A stretch of DNA of 64,000 nt from contig CH464491.1 of assembly GCA_000002445.1 (NCBI GenBank), forward strand, positions 3,872,001-3,936,000, written 5' to 3'. The DNA comes from Trypanosoma brucei (Eukaryota). The translations under genes were made by a program, and so were the position numbers. The first letter of the stretch is position 1, and each line of letters opens with the position of its first letter. This document shows, in pieces, positions 43,412-55,725 of the stretch. The notes under the pieces were generated by a model. That model saw only the letters and a program-made list of their open reading frames with translations, was not told the origin of the DNA and ran no database searches.

Positions 43412-45031
43412 CTACAGGGTCGTGATATTTGGATGCATCACCGCACTTAAACGCTGCAGAGCGATCCCGGCGGCAACTGCAACCGGCAAACCTGCCGAAA
43501 CGGTATCGGTGAAATCATGGGGAAGTACAGTTAAAATCTTTTCACATCGCTGAAGAATATGAAGCGGTGGTAATATACCCTCTTGAGGTACGACAAGCAA
43601 AACCCCTTCGCGTATTGCTTCCCTTAAAGTCTCCTCTGACTCGCATAAACTCAACATGCAGTTTGGGTCGGAATAACGAGTTTCGTACCACTTCACTGCC
43701 TCCAATGCAGCCTGACTACCTCCACTTCCCTGCAAGTCTTGCAAATCACTTACACGGCTTCTACTTGCAGAGTATAAAAATTTATGCCCACAATCCAAAA
43801 ACCACCACCTGCAGGGAACGTTTGCCTCATCGAGACGCTTTTTCATGAGGTTGAGTTGCGGTTCCATGTCTTCGATACTGCTTCCGCACCCTTCAAACAG
43901 GTCTCCCAAGTAAGTTGGTGGTGTGTAGTGCTGGGTGCCAACGGTTCCAACAACATTAATTTTACGTCGGCCAAAATAAAAGATGTTGTCAACAAGAAAT
44001 GCATTTGCACTACGAACAATACCCCCGAGGTTACGAAGATCTATTTCGTTCTGGCAGAGCACAGACAAACCGAAACAACGGCCCTTTCCAGGGCGACGTT
44101 GATCGGAGCAGGCTCGAAGCAAAAGTTTTCTCAGGTGGTTGTGAGTATCGATAATATTTTCCACATTTTTACCAAAATATAGAGGATGTATAGGCCGGGG
44201 GTCAATACGGGACGGCACGCCGTAGCCATGGGTCGTCGGAATCCGCTCTCGGAAGCAGCGTTGATAGCTAAGCAAAGCCTCCAGTTCATCATCTGTGTTT
44301 GGACAAAAGGCGCGTTTAGTTGTCTCTGTCATCAACGATCTCGAATGAGGGAAATTCTGGTCCAGAAAAGCATAAAAGAGTGCAATACCCATGGAAGTTA
44401 CTACGTTGAGTGAGCTAATCGTGCCGTATTGGGGTACGTACACAACACAGTCAGCGCATTGGCCATCACTCTCATCTGATATAGTCGCGTTATCACATTC
44501 AATATACTTGGAGCTCACACCTCGGTTCTCATGTCCGATGAGCAGCCGCGCTACCGACGAGATTCGACACGTAAAAAGGCTCTGAGACCGGTGGGTAAAG
44601 TTTTCCAGTGCCACTAGCGGGAAGTTCTCAGCCCATTGCCCCCTGAAAAACGCTTCTTTACCGAATTGGGCAACGCGATTAAGCACCAGTGATGTTGTTT
44701 CCGGATTCGAACCCGCATCGTCTGTACCACACTGGCGGTCGCGAATGTTCTTGATATCCTCTGCCTTAGAAAGCGAGAGAAACGAAGGTGGAACTGCCGT
44801 GCCATAGAACATACAAGTACGTATGGAATTCATTGCGTTAAAGGCACTGGTACAACCTTCCAAACCAACGGACAGATGTGGGAGATGACAGTGCTTCGGC
44901 CAACCCAGTCGGAGCATTTGGGACCACCGCGTCAGGGGATCATCCGTGCAAACCTTCCGCGGAGGTGCTGAGGCTTGTGGAAAACGTCTCGGTGTGACAC
45001 GCAAACGTAACAAGAGTTGATTGAAAAACAT
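43412..45031 (-). CDS. SpoU/TrmH-class (SPOUT) RNA 2'-O-methyltransferase with large N-terminal extension
   Basis: The C-terminal ~230 aa carry the SpoU motifs: motif 1 'LSVLCQNEIDLRNLGGIVRSANAFLV', motif 2 'GVLLVVPQEG' and motif 3 'LPVAVAAGIALQRL' (cf. 'SLNVSVAAGIILYE'). The N-terminal ~300 aa have no recognisable domain. Confidence 0.6.
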   Translation of the reverse strand: MFFNQLLLRLRVTPRRFPQASAPPRKVCTDDPLTRWSQMLRLGWPKHCHLPHLSVGLEGCTSAFNAMNSIRTCMFYGTAVPPSFLSLSKAEDIKNIRDRQCGTDDAGSNPETTSLVLNRVAQFGKEAFFRGQWAENFPLVALENFTHRSQSLFTCRISSVARLLIGHENRGVSSKYIECDNATISDESDGQCADCVVYVPQYGTISSLNVVTSMGIALFYAFLDQNFPHSRSLMTETTKRAFCPNTDDELEALLSYQRCFRERIPTTHGYGVPSRIDPRPIHPLYFGKNVENIIDTHNHLRKLLLRACSDQRRPGKGRCFGLSVLCQNEIDLRNLGGIVRSANAFLVDNIFYFGRRKINVVGTVGTQHYTPPTYLGDLFEGCGSSIEDMEPQLNLMKKRLDEANVPCRWWFLDCGHKFLYSASRSRVSDLQDLQGSGGSQAALEAVKWYETRYSDPNCMLSLCESEETLREAIREGVLLVVPQEGILPPLHILQRCEKILTVLPHDFTDTVSAGLPVAVAAGIALQRLSAVMHPNITTL

Positions 45032-46649
45032 CTCCCTCAGAAAGGGAGCCCAACTGCTTATTAACTAAGTAGACAGAACACTAATCAACCTCTCAAACTC
45101 AGACATGTGTTGTTTCGATGAGCCGTTATAATCAAAGTGTCCAAACAGAATCAGTTCGCAACCTTCTCAATAAAATGATCAAAATTATCCTAGTTTACCA
45201 AGCAAATGAGAAAAAAAAAGAAGAAAATAGGGAAGGAGAAATCAGAGGTAGATTGTGGCAAGTCAAAGGGATAACACCCGAAAGCGAAAAAAAAGAACAG
45301 AAGTAAAGAAACACCTATTAACCGTAGCACGATCCGGAGAGTAACCGTACTAACTCATGCTCTGTGTCCCCCTTTCCCGTACATTTAAAACATACGACTG
45401 TTTGTGTGCTTTCATGTACTCTCTCCTGCATATGTAAGCTTATGCATACTTCATCACGTCATTTCGTTCACCACCTTGTCTCCTCGCTACAACTTTCTTT
45501 TTTTTTTCTTTCCTTTTCCATTATACTCCTTCTTTCCCCCTCCCCCCTCCTTCTTATTCATTTTTGCTTTACTTGATTAAAACGGCTGGAGAGCTTTTGC
45601 TTTCGTAGTTTAACCTCTCCGCCCCACCTCCTCCCCCCTCCCTCACAAACACACACGCCGTCACCACCACCACCCACTCGCCCAGGCAAAACGGTTGGCA
45701 CCTTCTCATTTCAGTTACTTCCGCCATTATATTCGTCTCGGTCCCATCTCTTCTATTTCAATCCTTTTTTTTCTTTTTCATTTCCCCCGCCACCACCGCG
45801 GCAACTGCAACGGCAAGGGAACGGCAATGAAAGAGGTGGAAAACGACATCGCTGGTGCCGGAGGGGAAAGACGATGATGATGATGATGAAGAAACAAAAA
45901 AAAAGGAGGGAGGGAGCAACTATCAAAAGGAACAAATTCATCATGCACACACATGTACACCCCAGTGTCACCCATTCGGCAAAAGCAAGCGACTCACATA
46001 GGGAAGCAAACACGCGTACTTATCATGAATGCACCGCTTTTCCGAAGAGTTACTCGGTCATTCTTCTCTTTGATACATATACATATATATATATATATTT
46101 ATATAACTTAATCTGTTGGTTCGCTTCAACTTGTATCCCCACCCGCACAATCTTTGCTTCTTCCTTTATTTCTCCCCTTTTATGATCTATCCCCCGTTTT
46201 TACCCCTTTAAGAACGCGGCTATTAACAAGTAGCTGCTTTTTCCCCCTTACAAGTGAATCGGTTAACCATTTCATTGTATCTCCTACTTTCTTTATTGTG
46301 GTCATCTGTTGTTTTGTTTACACTCTTGCTTCCTTATCCGTTCACCCTGTTTGTACACTTGTACCTTTCAAAAAAAAAAAAGAAGTTAGTGATATATATA
46401 TATAACGAAAGCATCTTCCACGGACCACACGCAAGTCTTCATCGGAATGGCACCTCACCCATCTTCAATTTGGATCTCTTCTTCCATTCCTTCGATCACT
46501 TAACCGTCAAAATAGTAAGAAACTTTTTTTTCCTTTTTATTATACGTAACGAAAGGAACGAAACGCCAACGCTTGCGAGAAAGAACTTGAAGGAGCCAAT
46601 ACTCACATTTTCCCCACAAACATGGGTTTCACTGTTGGTGACATTGTTA

Positions 46650-47111
<462 letters not shown>

Positions 47112-48264
47112 TCAATTACGTTCGGTTAACCGGCCTGCCCCTTTTTCCTTTTTGCTCAACCTTTTAAAAAAAAAAACCTTTAAACTTATTGGATTTTTTC
47201 AACAAACCGTTTATTTCTCTATTTTCTTTTATTTTTTTTTACTTTCAACTTTTACACTCCCTTATTCCTTGTTTTCACTCTTCGCTTGAGCAAAATGAGT
47301 AGAAGATAATCCGCTTGTTTTATTACACACAAAAAGTATTTTTAGGGATACCACATCAGTATTTTCTCACGGACAACACCACCAAGGCCACTGTGAGATA
47401 TTAAAATATGAATATATAAGTGTTACCAATATTGTTATTGTTGTTATTATTTTACTCGCTGAGTTTCATGGCATTTTCGCAAATGCATACACACATACAT
47501 ACTCCCCCCCCCTTCCCCATTGTAATACCACTTTCAGGATTTGAAATTTTAGGGAAAGGGAAGAAAATGTGTGTATGGGTTGCTGATTTGGTTTGATTTA
47601 AAGTTGCCTCCTAGAAGATGGAGCAGAAGGAAGGGAAGAACGATAACGGAACAAATGAAAGTCGCCGGTTCAGTTCGGGTGCTGCTTACGCGAAGAGTTT
47701 ACCTCCTCCGACAACCTAACAGTGGTAAATGAAGTAAACATAATGAAACACGTATCTGTGATCAATAGCCCAGCAATCTAAACCGTGCTGTATCGAACTT
47801 CCATCGCGTCGGGACATACCCGCCTCACGTGTGACATTGCACAAAACAGACCCCCACTGAGCATCAAAGGTAGTTTAACTAGCATAGACAATGGGAAAAA
47901 ACCGATGCGATACGGCACCAGCATATGACGAACGAACCCTCTCCCCTCCAAGCTTCTGAAGTGTCAACACACTATCACTCGACAATTAACCGCAACCATC
48001 ACCTCTTCAGTATAATCCCTAACTTCTATTGGAGGGTATTGAAACACTTTTACCCCAACCCTAACCCCCCTTTTTCCTTATCATTATCACGTTAATACCA
48101 CAAGAGAAATAAGGCCTTGTATGTGCTCGCGCATTGATCATAGTCCCACGCTTACAACTTAAGCCCTCTACCAGAGCTGGTTACCGATATAATCGATATA
48201 ACGCGCCCTGCGTTTCGTCAACATGTGTGTGTGGGGGGTGGGTGGGAGAAGCGCACGCCTTCGT

Positions 48265-50379
48265 TCATTCGGCCGTTTTGAAAGGCCTCTTGCGGGCTGG
48301 TGACTCATGCGTGCTTTCACTTCCATTGCGGTCTTCCTTCCTTGTGCGACGTAACGTCTGCCGCAGCGTTGGGTTCAGTCCTGTTCCTTGTCCCTTTTCC
48401 TTCTCCCCAGCGCCTGTGAGCCAAGTCTCCACCTTAAGGAAAACAACATTGCTCATTGCTTCCTTCAGCTGAGCGCTTCCGCATTGCTGCATCGTTTCGA
48501 GCACGATGCGCCCTGCCCACGGAGAAATTGATAACTCAAAGACAAACGGCTTCAACTCATTCATAAGATGCTTGCGTTGCGTATCTAAACCACGCGACGT
48601 GCATTCACGTAGAAGAGCTTGGACGACATAACAGGCATGGCTGTGAAGTGAGTAGGAAACCAAAGCGTGGGAATCAACACCATAATGCTTATTTCTGTTC
48701 ATCTCCCTTATTTTTTTGCGGCTTAACCTCCTTCCCCCAACCCCCACATCCTGTTCTTCCCCCGTCTCATCTCGTCCATCTCCCCGTGCTTCATCGCCCT
48801 TTTTGTTACCTTCAGCCTGAGATGCGGCTATGAAGTCACCAGCAACACGAGCAACCACTTCGTCGGAGGCGTACGCAAGGAGTTTCTGCATTACACGAGA
48901 CCCTTGAGCATATGACAAGACATTGCGCATATCCAAGAAAGCGCCTATCAACTCTTCCACAAGCATTCCTCTCAGTTTCAGGGATCCGTGTTGTAGCATA
49001 ACTTGAATAACGTAGGATGCTGACGAGTGCAGCACAAGTTTCTGTACCTCCCCCTTAATAGATTCGAAGATAAGGAAAGTAACAGCTTCATCACTGCGGG
49101 AGCATTCCAACAATTTCTGTATCACAGGTGACGAAACAGGGTCCTGTGAGAGTGTCAGTGTCGACTCTGCCAAGTGACGTCGATGCGCAGCGGTAAATCG
49201 CTTATTATCGACCTCCATAGCAGCACGAAGGAGCATCGTTCCTACTGGATCCTGCGAAACTTCAACGACGTCACGCCCCTCATTTCCCACCAAGGCATTC
49301 CACAATGCATCTTGACTTTCTGGGTAGGACTTAAAGGCAGCAACAGCTACGTTAATTACAAACTTATGCGAAACAATATGGTCTACAAGACCCGGTGCAG
49401 CCACGATACAGTCCCATAGTTCCTTCCGCTGGGCAAAGTCGCCGTACTCAAATACAGTTACGTAAAGATGCAGGTGTCTCGGTGACCCCTGGTCATGTCC
49501 ACGAGAAGCCTTTGTAAGGGGAAGATCTCCAAACTCGGGTGCTGCGAATTCGTCATCCTCTGCCACTTTCTCCCCTTTTTGGGCTCCGGTACAAACACTT
49601 TGTGGGTTTAGGTATTCACCAGCATATTCAGAGAGGTGGGCACACAGGGCGTCCTTCACCCTCGAAGGAACAAGGGGATGCTTGAGTAGCGCCGAGAGCG
49701 TCATATTATCGTTAGTGGTTTTAATAACTTGACTAATTCGCTCTTGAAGTGTGTCATCCCCTGTTTTACCTTTCTTCAAGGTGACGTCATCGTCAAGACC
49801 GAAGAGCGCTTTACATACCTGTTTCCAACCGTCGCTGGTGACCCCAACGTATTTGGCTACGACACGTTGCCCAAACTCGTGAAGCGCAAGCTGGCCAAGG
49901 TAAGGGAGGAAACGTTCCTCAACCACTTCGCAGGAGGAAGGGTATTCAATAATCTTTTGAGCAACATAATTCCCGATTCGGTGGGTGCAGAGTCTTTTGA
50001 ACTCGTCTTCCTCAGCATTGAGAACAAATACCTCAGCAATTTCTTTTTTTTGCTTTGCAGGAAGTTTTTCCAACATTTCCCTAACGATAATATTCCCTAC
50101 ATTGGACCGGCTAAGGTCTACGAGCTTCCGCCTCAACTGGTAGAGCACTTGCACTCGTATCAAACCATCACATTTGTCCAGCAGTGTGTTCAGTAGGTAG
50201 TGCGTTGATTTGTTAAGACTCAATGCATAAACATTAGGGAGGATTTTCTGCACAATTTTTGCACGCTGAGCGGGTTTGCCGTACAGTAGGGCCGCCTCCA
50301 CTTGATGAAGAGGCATCGACCTCCCTGTTGCTAGTCGCTGGGAGACATTTTTTAAGAAGTCTAAACGCATTTTTGGCAT
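48265..50379 (-). CDS. Pumilio/PUF-family RNA-binding protein
   Basis: 704 aa with multiple Puf-repeat signatures: 'GNYVAQKIIE', 'GQRVVAKYV', 'GSRVMQKLL', 'ASYVIQVMLQHG' and 'HACYVVQALLRE'. Confidence 0.8.
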   Translation of the reverse strand: MPKMRLDFLKNVSQRLATGRSMPLHQVEAALLYGKPAQRAKIVQKILPNVYALSLNKSTHYLLNTLLDKCDGLIRVQVLYQLRRKLVDLSRSNVGNIIVREMLEKLPAKQKKEIAEVFVLNAEEDEFKRLCTHRIGNYVAQKIIEYPSSCEVVEERFLPYLGQLALHEFGQRVVAKYVGVTSDGWKQVCKALFGLDDDVTLKKGKTGDDTLQERISQVIKTTNDNMTLSALLKHPLVPSRVKDALCAHLSEYAGEYLNPQSVCTGAQKGEKVAEDDEFAAPEFGDLPLTKASRGHDQGSPRHLHLYVTVFEYGDFAQRKELWDCIVAAPGLVDHIVSHKFVINVAVAAFKSYPESQDALWNALVGNEGRDVVEVSQDPVGTMLLRAAMEVDNKRFTAAHRRHLAESTLTLSQDPVSSPVIQKLLECSRSDEAVTFLIFESIKGEVQKLVLHSSASYVIQVMLQHGSLKLRGMLVEELIGAFLDMRNVLSYAQGSRVMQKLLAYASDEVVARVAGDFIAASQAEGNKKGDEARGDGRDETGEEQDVGVGGRRLSRKKIREMNRNKHYGVDSHALVSYSLHSHACYVVQALLRECTSRGLDTQRKHLMNELKPFVFELSISPWAGRIVLETMQQCGSAQLKEAMSNVVFLKVETWLTGAGEKEKGQGTGLNPTLRQTLRRTRKEDRNGSESTHESPARKRPFKTAE

Positions 50380-51199
50380 TGCTCCCTTTAGTTCACTTCA
50401 AGTTTTGTTCTTTACGCAAGGACACACACCAGCCGTCCCCTCTCTTGTCAACCCGAGTTGATAATAGTGCTGCGAGAAATGAATGCCTCCTCCCCACGCT
50501 TAGAAAGTAAGCGGGGAAGCGCGAAGTCGGGGAGAAGGAAAAAGGTTTAAAAATAAAGGAAAAGCAGAATAGCTACAGCACGAGCTGATACAGATACAAC
50601 TAGCAGTGGCCCACATGTCCACGAATATTGCAGCGAAATATAAACAGGTAAAAACATCAAATATATGCGATGAACAAAGAAGAAGTCCCAGGGAAACAAC
50701 GACAAGAGGACAAGGACCTTTTCTAGGAAATAACTGAACGATCATCAAAAATGATGGCAGTGAATGAAGGCCACCACTCAAATTGTATACAGTTCCCCAT
50801 GCGATAATATTACGGTTGTCATATAGTAAATAAAAAAAACTGTAGGAGGGGGTGAAATGGACAAGAAGATATTTGAAAAAAGACATCAAGTAGTATTTGA
50901 AGTAAATTAGACAACATTCGTTTGCTTATAAATAACCCCGGGGAAAATAGTGGCATGCAATATCCACACCTTTACCATGTTGCGGAGGTGTGCTTTGGCC
51001 GTTGTGGACAACGAAAATTGTACAAAGTAATCCGTAAGCACAATGAGTTTTGAAGAAAAAAAAAAGAGAACAGTAACATAAGGAAAATGACAGCTGCTTA
51101 ATATATAATACATGCCGACAACAAATAGCGGATCCCTATATTTACCCTTATCTCACGCGCAAAAAAATTACCCTCACCCTGACTCAACTTTCCCCCCCC

Positions 51200-53671
51200 T
51201 TACTCCATCTCCCTTCGCTTAAGAGACTCGTTGTGTATCCGCACACCGACATAATATACATCGCCATATCCTGTGTTTGTCAGGCAACTGGCCTCTTTTG
51301 CGGCTTTGTTGTAAAGCTCCCATATAGTATCAATCTGAGTATGGATTATTTCGTTCCGCTCCCTTGCTTCCCATTGCAACAGCTGAACAGTCAGTTCTTC
51401 TACATCTTCGGAGTCAAGAGAAGAACCGGTAGAACTTTCCGTGCACCACAGCCCACGCAGAAGATACACTGGACAGAGTGGGGTATACTGCGCCTGCGCG
51501 AAAACACGAGCAATTTCCCCCACTTTTCGACCAGCGGACGCGGCAATGGTACATTCGGCTTCTCCAAGGGCGGATAGAGCGGAGTTTCCAAGCATAACAT
51601 ACGGATCTCGCTCCGCCGCGATACTCAAAACAATATTCAGCATTGGAAACATGGCAGAGTCGGGGGAGGTGCTTGGTGTTTCTCCACAACAAACACCAAC
51701 CGGTGTCCCCCGCTGAAACATACAATCTTTCACTCCTCCACCGGATAGTCGCCGCCGAAATTCAGCGTCGTTAGCCACCTGTAACTTCAATTCTTGTTCC
51801 ATCAACAAATTGAGAATCTCGTGCTCCTCCTCCAAAGAACGGACTAGTTCTGTTTGAGTTGCAGTTGCGTCACCGCTCGACTTGACGTCAGTGTCGCGTC
51901 CCTTTGACCCATTTGGCGCGCACACAACATTTCTCACACATTCGGCCACATGGCGATCCTCTGGACTCATGTTTTCGCGCATCCGTGCGCTGTCCTCAAA
52001 TACCTTTAAGACATCTAAAATGACACGCTCATCCTCCACCGAAATGGCAATATCCGTACGCTTGGAGGCGCTGCTGTCTCGGGATCTAATACTCGCCTGA
52101 AATTCTTTGAAGGCTTCTGACTCACAACTCGTTTTTAACGTGAGTGCGGCCGAGCTGGCACGCTCTAAGGGTAGACTCAGCCGTTGCTGACTACGGCCTT
52201 CAAGGCGTCCAGCAGGGCTTACGCCCCCACATTTGCTATCAGAATCGCCGGCGGTGGCACGACAATCTGGCGCTCCACCTCCGCCATGACGCAAATTGTT
52301 TTCGAACTCGATTAGGGTTTGGATGGCCTCATGTTCTTCTTGTGAATTGAGATTTGTGTACTTCCCGCAAGGTGACACCTCTTCACTGAGTTTTTCACAG
52401 TTGCGATCCTCCACAGGCGGCGAGACACTCTCTCCTTGTTTGTGTTGGATGGCATTTACCAGCTGCATCTCTTTCTCTGTTGGTTCATCCAAGAGGCACA
52501 TATTCAATTCATTTTCCCCTTTGAGAATTGACTCCTCTTTCAATTTGTCAAGTATAGCTTTGCGCTTTTCCTCCTCGATTAGAAGTTCCTTCTCCATTTT
52601 CGCTTCTTGGGTCCTCCTCTTCGCCACCTTCATCTTCACATCGCACATGCTGGCTATCGCGGCGGTGTCAAATGCAACCCTTTGAAGCAATTCTTCCATT
52701 ATGATATCATCCCTCGTCGCCACCTCTTCATTGTTTATATCGTTTATCTTCAAGGTCATGCGATGGCCAGCAAACCCTCGTTGTTTTTCCACTCTCCATG
52801 CCCGTCGTCCCTCTTCTAGAAATGCCTCTTCCAAGAAACGGTCCGTCGAATTGTCCTTATTCGAAGTATGAATAGAATCATACCTCTTGCTTCTGGTATT
52901 TGTCACTGGCTTTACCTTCCTCTTGCAAAGACTGGGAGGAAGTCGGCGCCGGTTTTTGTCCTCTTCGAAAAAGAAGGAGGGAAGAATCATGTTGAAAGGC
53001 CTATTGTCCTTGAACCATGTTAGTAGAGTCTTCAAGTCTTGCTTTTCCTCCTCAACCGCTGTTTCTCGCATCCTCTTGTAGTCGGGCATGATTTCTTCGA
53101 TCTGTTTACGTAGGTTCGCCTCGAAACGCCTCTGCATGTTGTCGGCGGTGGAGGTCATCTCAATGAAAAAACACATGTAACGTCGCTCTTCCTCACGTTC
53201 AATTAGGTTGCGTGCCTCCTCTTCCCTCAAACAGATGTCATTACTGAGGTGAATCCCAGCCTCAGCAAGATAATCTACCCATAGACGGACAGAAATCCGC
53301 TGTTCCTCAAATATAATGTCGTCTCTAGATTCTTTCTCCCTTTTACATATGTTGAGGACGCACGCATACTCGTATTCGAAGAGCGACTCGTCAGGTTTTA
53401 CTGTGCCCTTCGTACCGAAGGAGTGTAAACCCGGCCTCGCAGACGCCTCGGCCCTCACCCCTGAAACACGGGGAAGCGACTCTAATACAGTTGGATACCT
53501 ATGCCGAGGGAGGCTCGGCCTGTAGGGACTTGGTGGATTAATTGGGTCCAGTTTGATTACTGCTGGTTGATCCCACGAAGGTAAATGTGGGAGTCCGGGA
53601 CCCCTGCCCATCCCAGCCGCAGGCTGACAGTCCGCCTGCACGGTATGAGCAATTGTAGGCAACTTAAGCAT
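51200..53671 (-). CDS. hypothetical protein, coiled-coil-rich (823 aa)
   Basis: Long minus-strand ORF with Glu/Lys/Arg-rich predicted coiled-coil stretches ('KELLIEEEKRKAILDKLKEESILKGENEL'). No enzymatic motif. Confidence 0.55.
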   Translation of the reverse strand: MLKLPTIAHTVQADCQPAAGMGRGPGLPHLPSWDQPAVIKLDPINPPSPYRPSLPRHRYPTVLESLPRVSGVRAEASARPGLHSFGTKGTVKPDESLFEYEYACVLNICKREKESRDDIIFEEQRISVRLWVDYLAEAGIHLSNDICLREEEARNLIEREEERRYMCFFIEMTSTADNMQRRFEANLRKQIEEIMPDYKRMRETAVEEEKQDLKTLLTWFKDNRPFNMILPSFFFEEDKNRRRLPPSLCKRKVKPVTNTRSKRYDSIHTSNKDNSTDRFLEEAFLEEGRRAWRVEKQRGFAGHRMTLKINDINNEEVATRDDIIMEELLQRVAFDTAAIASMCDVKMKVAKRRTQEAKMEKELLIEEEKRKAILDKLKEESILKGENELNMCLLDEPTEKEMQLVNAIQHKQGESVSPPVEDRNCEKLSEEVSPCGKYTNLNSQEEHEAIQTLIEFENNLRHGGGGAPDCRATAGDSDSKCGGVSPAGRLEGRSQQRLSLPLERASSAALTLKTSCESEAFKEFQASIRSRDSSASKRTDIAISVEDERVILDVLKVFEDSARMRENMSPEDRHVAECVRNVVCAPNGSKGRDTDVKSSGDATATQTELVRSLEEEHEILNLLMEQELKLQVANDAEFRRRLSGGGVKDCMFQRGTPVGVCCGETPSTSPDSAMFPMLNIVLSIAAERDPYVMLGNSALSALGEAECTIAASAGRKVGEIARVFAQAQYTPLCPVYLLRGLWCTESSTGSSLDSEDVEELTVQLLQWEARERNEIIHTQIDTIWELYNKAAKEASCLTNTGYGDVYYVGVRIHNESLKRREME

Positions 53672-54189
53672 TGGTTAAGAGATCACACGTGCACACCTGC
53701 GCCCCTTTTCCCTTGGGTCAGAGAAGGTACAAATATATTTTGAAGGTACCGACAAACCAGAAAGAAGGGGACAAGCTGCAGGAGACGGTAGTAAGCAAAA
53801 GACACAAGCATACATGCGCGCAACAACAGCAAAAGAAAAATGGAATATTTCGTATATTTAATTGCCTTGAAAATACAAAATGTATGGGGTGTTCCTCAGT
53901 GTGAAATATATTCAAACTAAAGCTGCGGGGGGACAGAGGGGGAAAAAAAACGTGTCGACAAAGGTACCCCTCCAACCCTGTACCGTCACTCGCATGTGCG
54001 TGAAGGAAAACGAATCCCCGTAATAGAAAACGATAACACAGGTGCCGATTTTACCCGCATCTGCACCACAAACACTTCCCACACGTGTGAAATAAACGTT
54101 ACTCACCTCCAAATCCCCCACACCAATCACAGTACTTCAGCGGGGAGGAAAACCTGGTAGAGTGGTAGAAAACATTTGCTGTCCGTTTT

Positions 54190-55725
54190 CTACCGTCTGT
54201 ACGTTATGGGAACACCGTTTGCTCCTAGTGTCGTCCGTCTGGACCATAAACTCAGCATAGAGCCATCCATCATCCTTGTTGGCTCTGCTTGAGCCCAAAA
54301 AATTGGATCGTCACCAACATTTGTCGAACCATCGGGACGGTGCCGTGCCCGAACACGAAGTTCTGAAGGCTTTCGTGCATGATAGGCAAGAATCGCTTCG
54401 ATTTCCTCGTCCAAAGGAGCTGCGGGTTCCAACATCCCGCGCGATTCGTAAAACTCCTGTACTTGAATGTCCCACTTCGTTTGAAAAAACGTAACGGCAC
54501 TTGGATCAGGCGGCAAAACCTGTTCAATCCGCGAGAGCATCTCCACCGACGATGAGGGTATCCCATCACGGTGTTGAGCATGAAGTCTGAAGTTTGCTCT
54601 TGCGGCAAAGCTCGCCTTACTGTCATCCAACGCGCATGACGCACCAGATACATAACTTCTTTGCTTAAAGAGCATACAAATGTGCCGGGTGGTCCCCGCA
54701 TCCTCTGTTGGTAGCGGTGGAGTGTACGATACGATAACATCGCCTTCCTTCGCGATAGGTGCTGGGTTGCGCACAAGTTCTTCCAAGTGCTGTCTCTTTT
54801 GATTGTTCTGCCGCTGCTTACTTTCATATTCCTCAAGCACAGTGAAGTTTCCACCCCCTTTAAGATTTGACATCATATAGTTGAGGAAAAAACCTCTTTG
54901 GGTCGACGCGTCAACACTTGCAGGCACGCGGAACGGATAGTCAGGTGAGGCGATTATTAGGGTGTACCATACCTCATCACTACCCTCCTCAGTTGCGTCT
55001 TTTTCCACTGCTTTTCCTTGTCCAGTCGCTGACACCGTATCAAGAAAAAAGATGGATGGTGGATGTTGAAGATCTGCCAGTTCGATGTAGTTGCCGCAGT
55101 GCGCCGTCATCCAAAAGTTGCGATGCGTCATCCTAGACACAGGTGGTGGTGGGGGTAGTGGTTCCCCCGTTTCTTCACACAGTCGCGCTCTCGTCGCATA
55201 AACTCCTGGAAAGACTACGGAAAGGTTCACATCCTGTCGCACATGCGGCAGATAGTTGGGCAAAATTTCATGCTTGCGAAGGTACTTCAGTGAGCGCTTG
55301 CGATGCTGCTTCCACGGAGCAGACCCTGAAAGCGGCAGTAACAAGCGGTGGTCCTCTTCCGGGAGTGGAGGGTATGATGTGCGTTCAAAGTCCGACACAT
55401 TCCAATACACAAAGAAATCTGGTGGTTCAGTGATGTTGAAGAGATGCGGAGTATCCAGTTCATTTTCGTACACCGGGTACTGGAACATTGTGTCACTAAG
55501 CACAGTTTTCTCATAAGGATACTGGAAGTCGTGTAACGCTTGTGGCCGCGGAAGTTTCTCGATCTGCCGCACCTTACGATCTGCCTCGCGTTGCTCTCGC
55601 GTGCGTACATCCTTTGTACTCACCTTAGTTTTCCATCCTGGCATGTGATAAGCACGTAGTGGCATCATGTACCAAGTAGGGTGCACGTTGTAACTACATC
55701 GACGCATTACCATATACGCGTGCAC
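54190..55725 (-). CDS. PEBP-family-like protein (possible mitochondrial ribosomal protein L38 homologue)
   Basis: 511 aa. 'WYTLIIASPDYPFRVP...RHICMLFKQ' resembles the PEBP signature 'YTLVMTDPDAPSR...HWLV', and MRP-L38 is a PEBP-fold protein. The N-terminus is Arg/hydrophobic-rich, compatible with mitochondrial targeting. Weak call. Confidence 0.4.
   Translation of the reverse strand: MHAYMVMRRCSYNVHPTWYMMPLRAYHMPGWKTKVSTKDVRTREQREADRKVRQIEKLPRPQALHDFQYPYEKTVLSDTMFQYPVYENELDTPHLFNITEPPDFFVYWNVSDFERTSYPPLPEEDHRLLLPLSGSAPWKQHRKRSLKYLRKHEILPNYLPHVRQDVNLSVVFPGVYATRARLCEETGEPLPPPPPVSRMTHRNFWMTAHCGNYIELADLQHPPSIFFLDTVSATGQGKAVEKDATEEGSDEVWYTLIIASPDYPFRVPASVDASTQRGFFLNYMMSNLKGGGNFTVLEEYESKQRQNNQKRQHLEELVRNPAPIAKEGDVIVSYTPPLPTEDAGTTRHICMLFKQRSYVSGASCALDDSKASFAARANFRLHAQHRDGIPSSSVEMLSRIEQVLPPDPSAVTFFQTKWDIQVQEFYESRGMLEPAAPLDEEIEAILAYHARKPSELRVRARHRPDGSTNVGDDPIFWAQAEPTRMMDGSMLSLWSRRTTLGANGVPITYRR

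Noticed and set aside
44690-44730. tRNA T-arm-like sequence 'ggattcgaaccc' (reverse complement GGGTTCGAATCC)
   Set aside because: Lies inside the long SpoU methyltransferase ORF. The flanking sequence does not fold into acceptor, D and anticodon stems, so it is a chance match.
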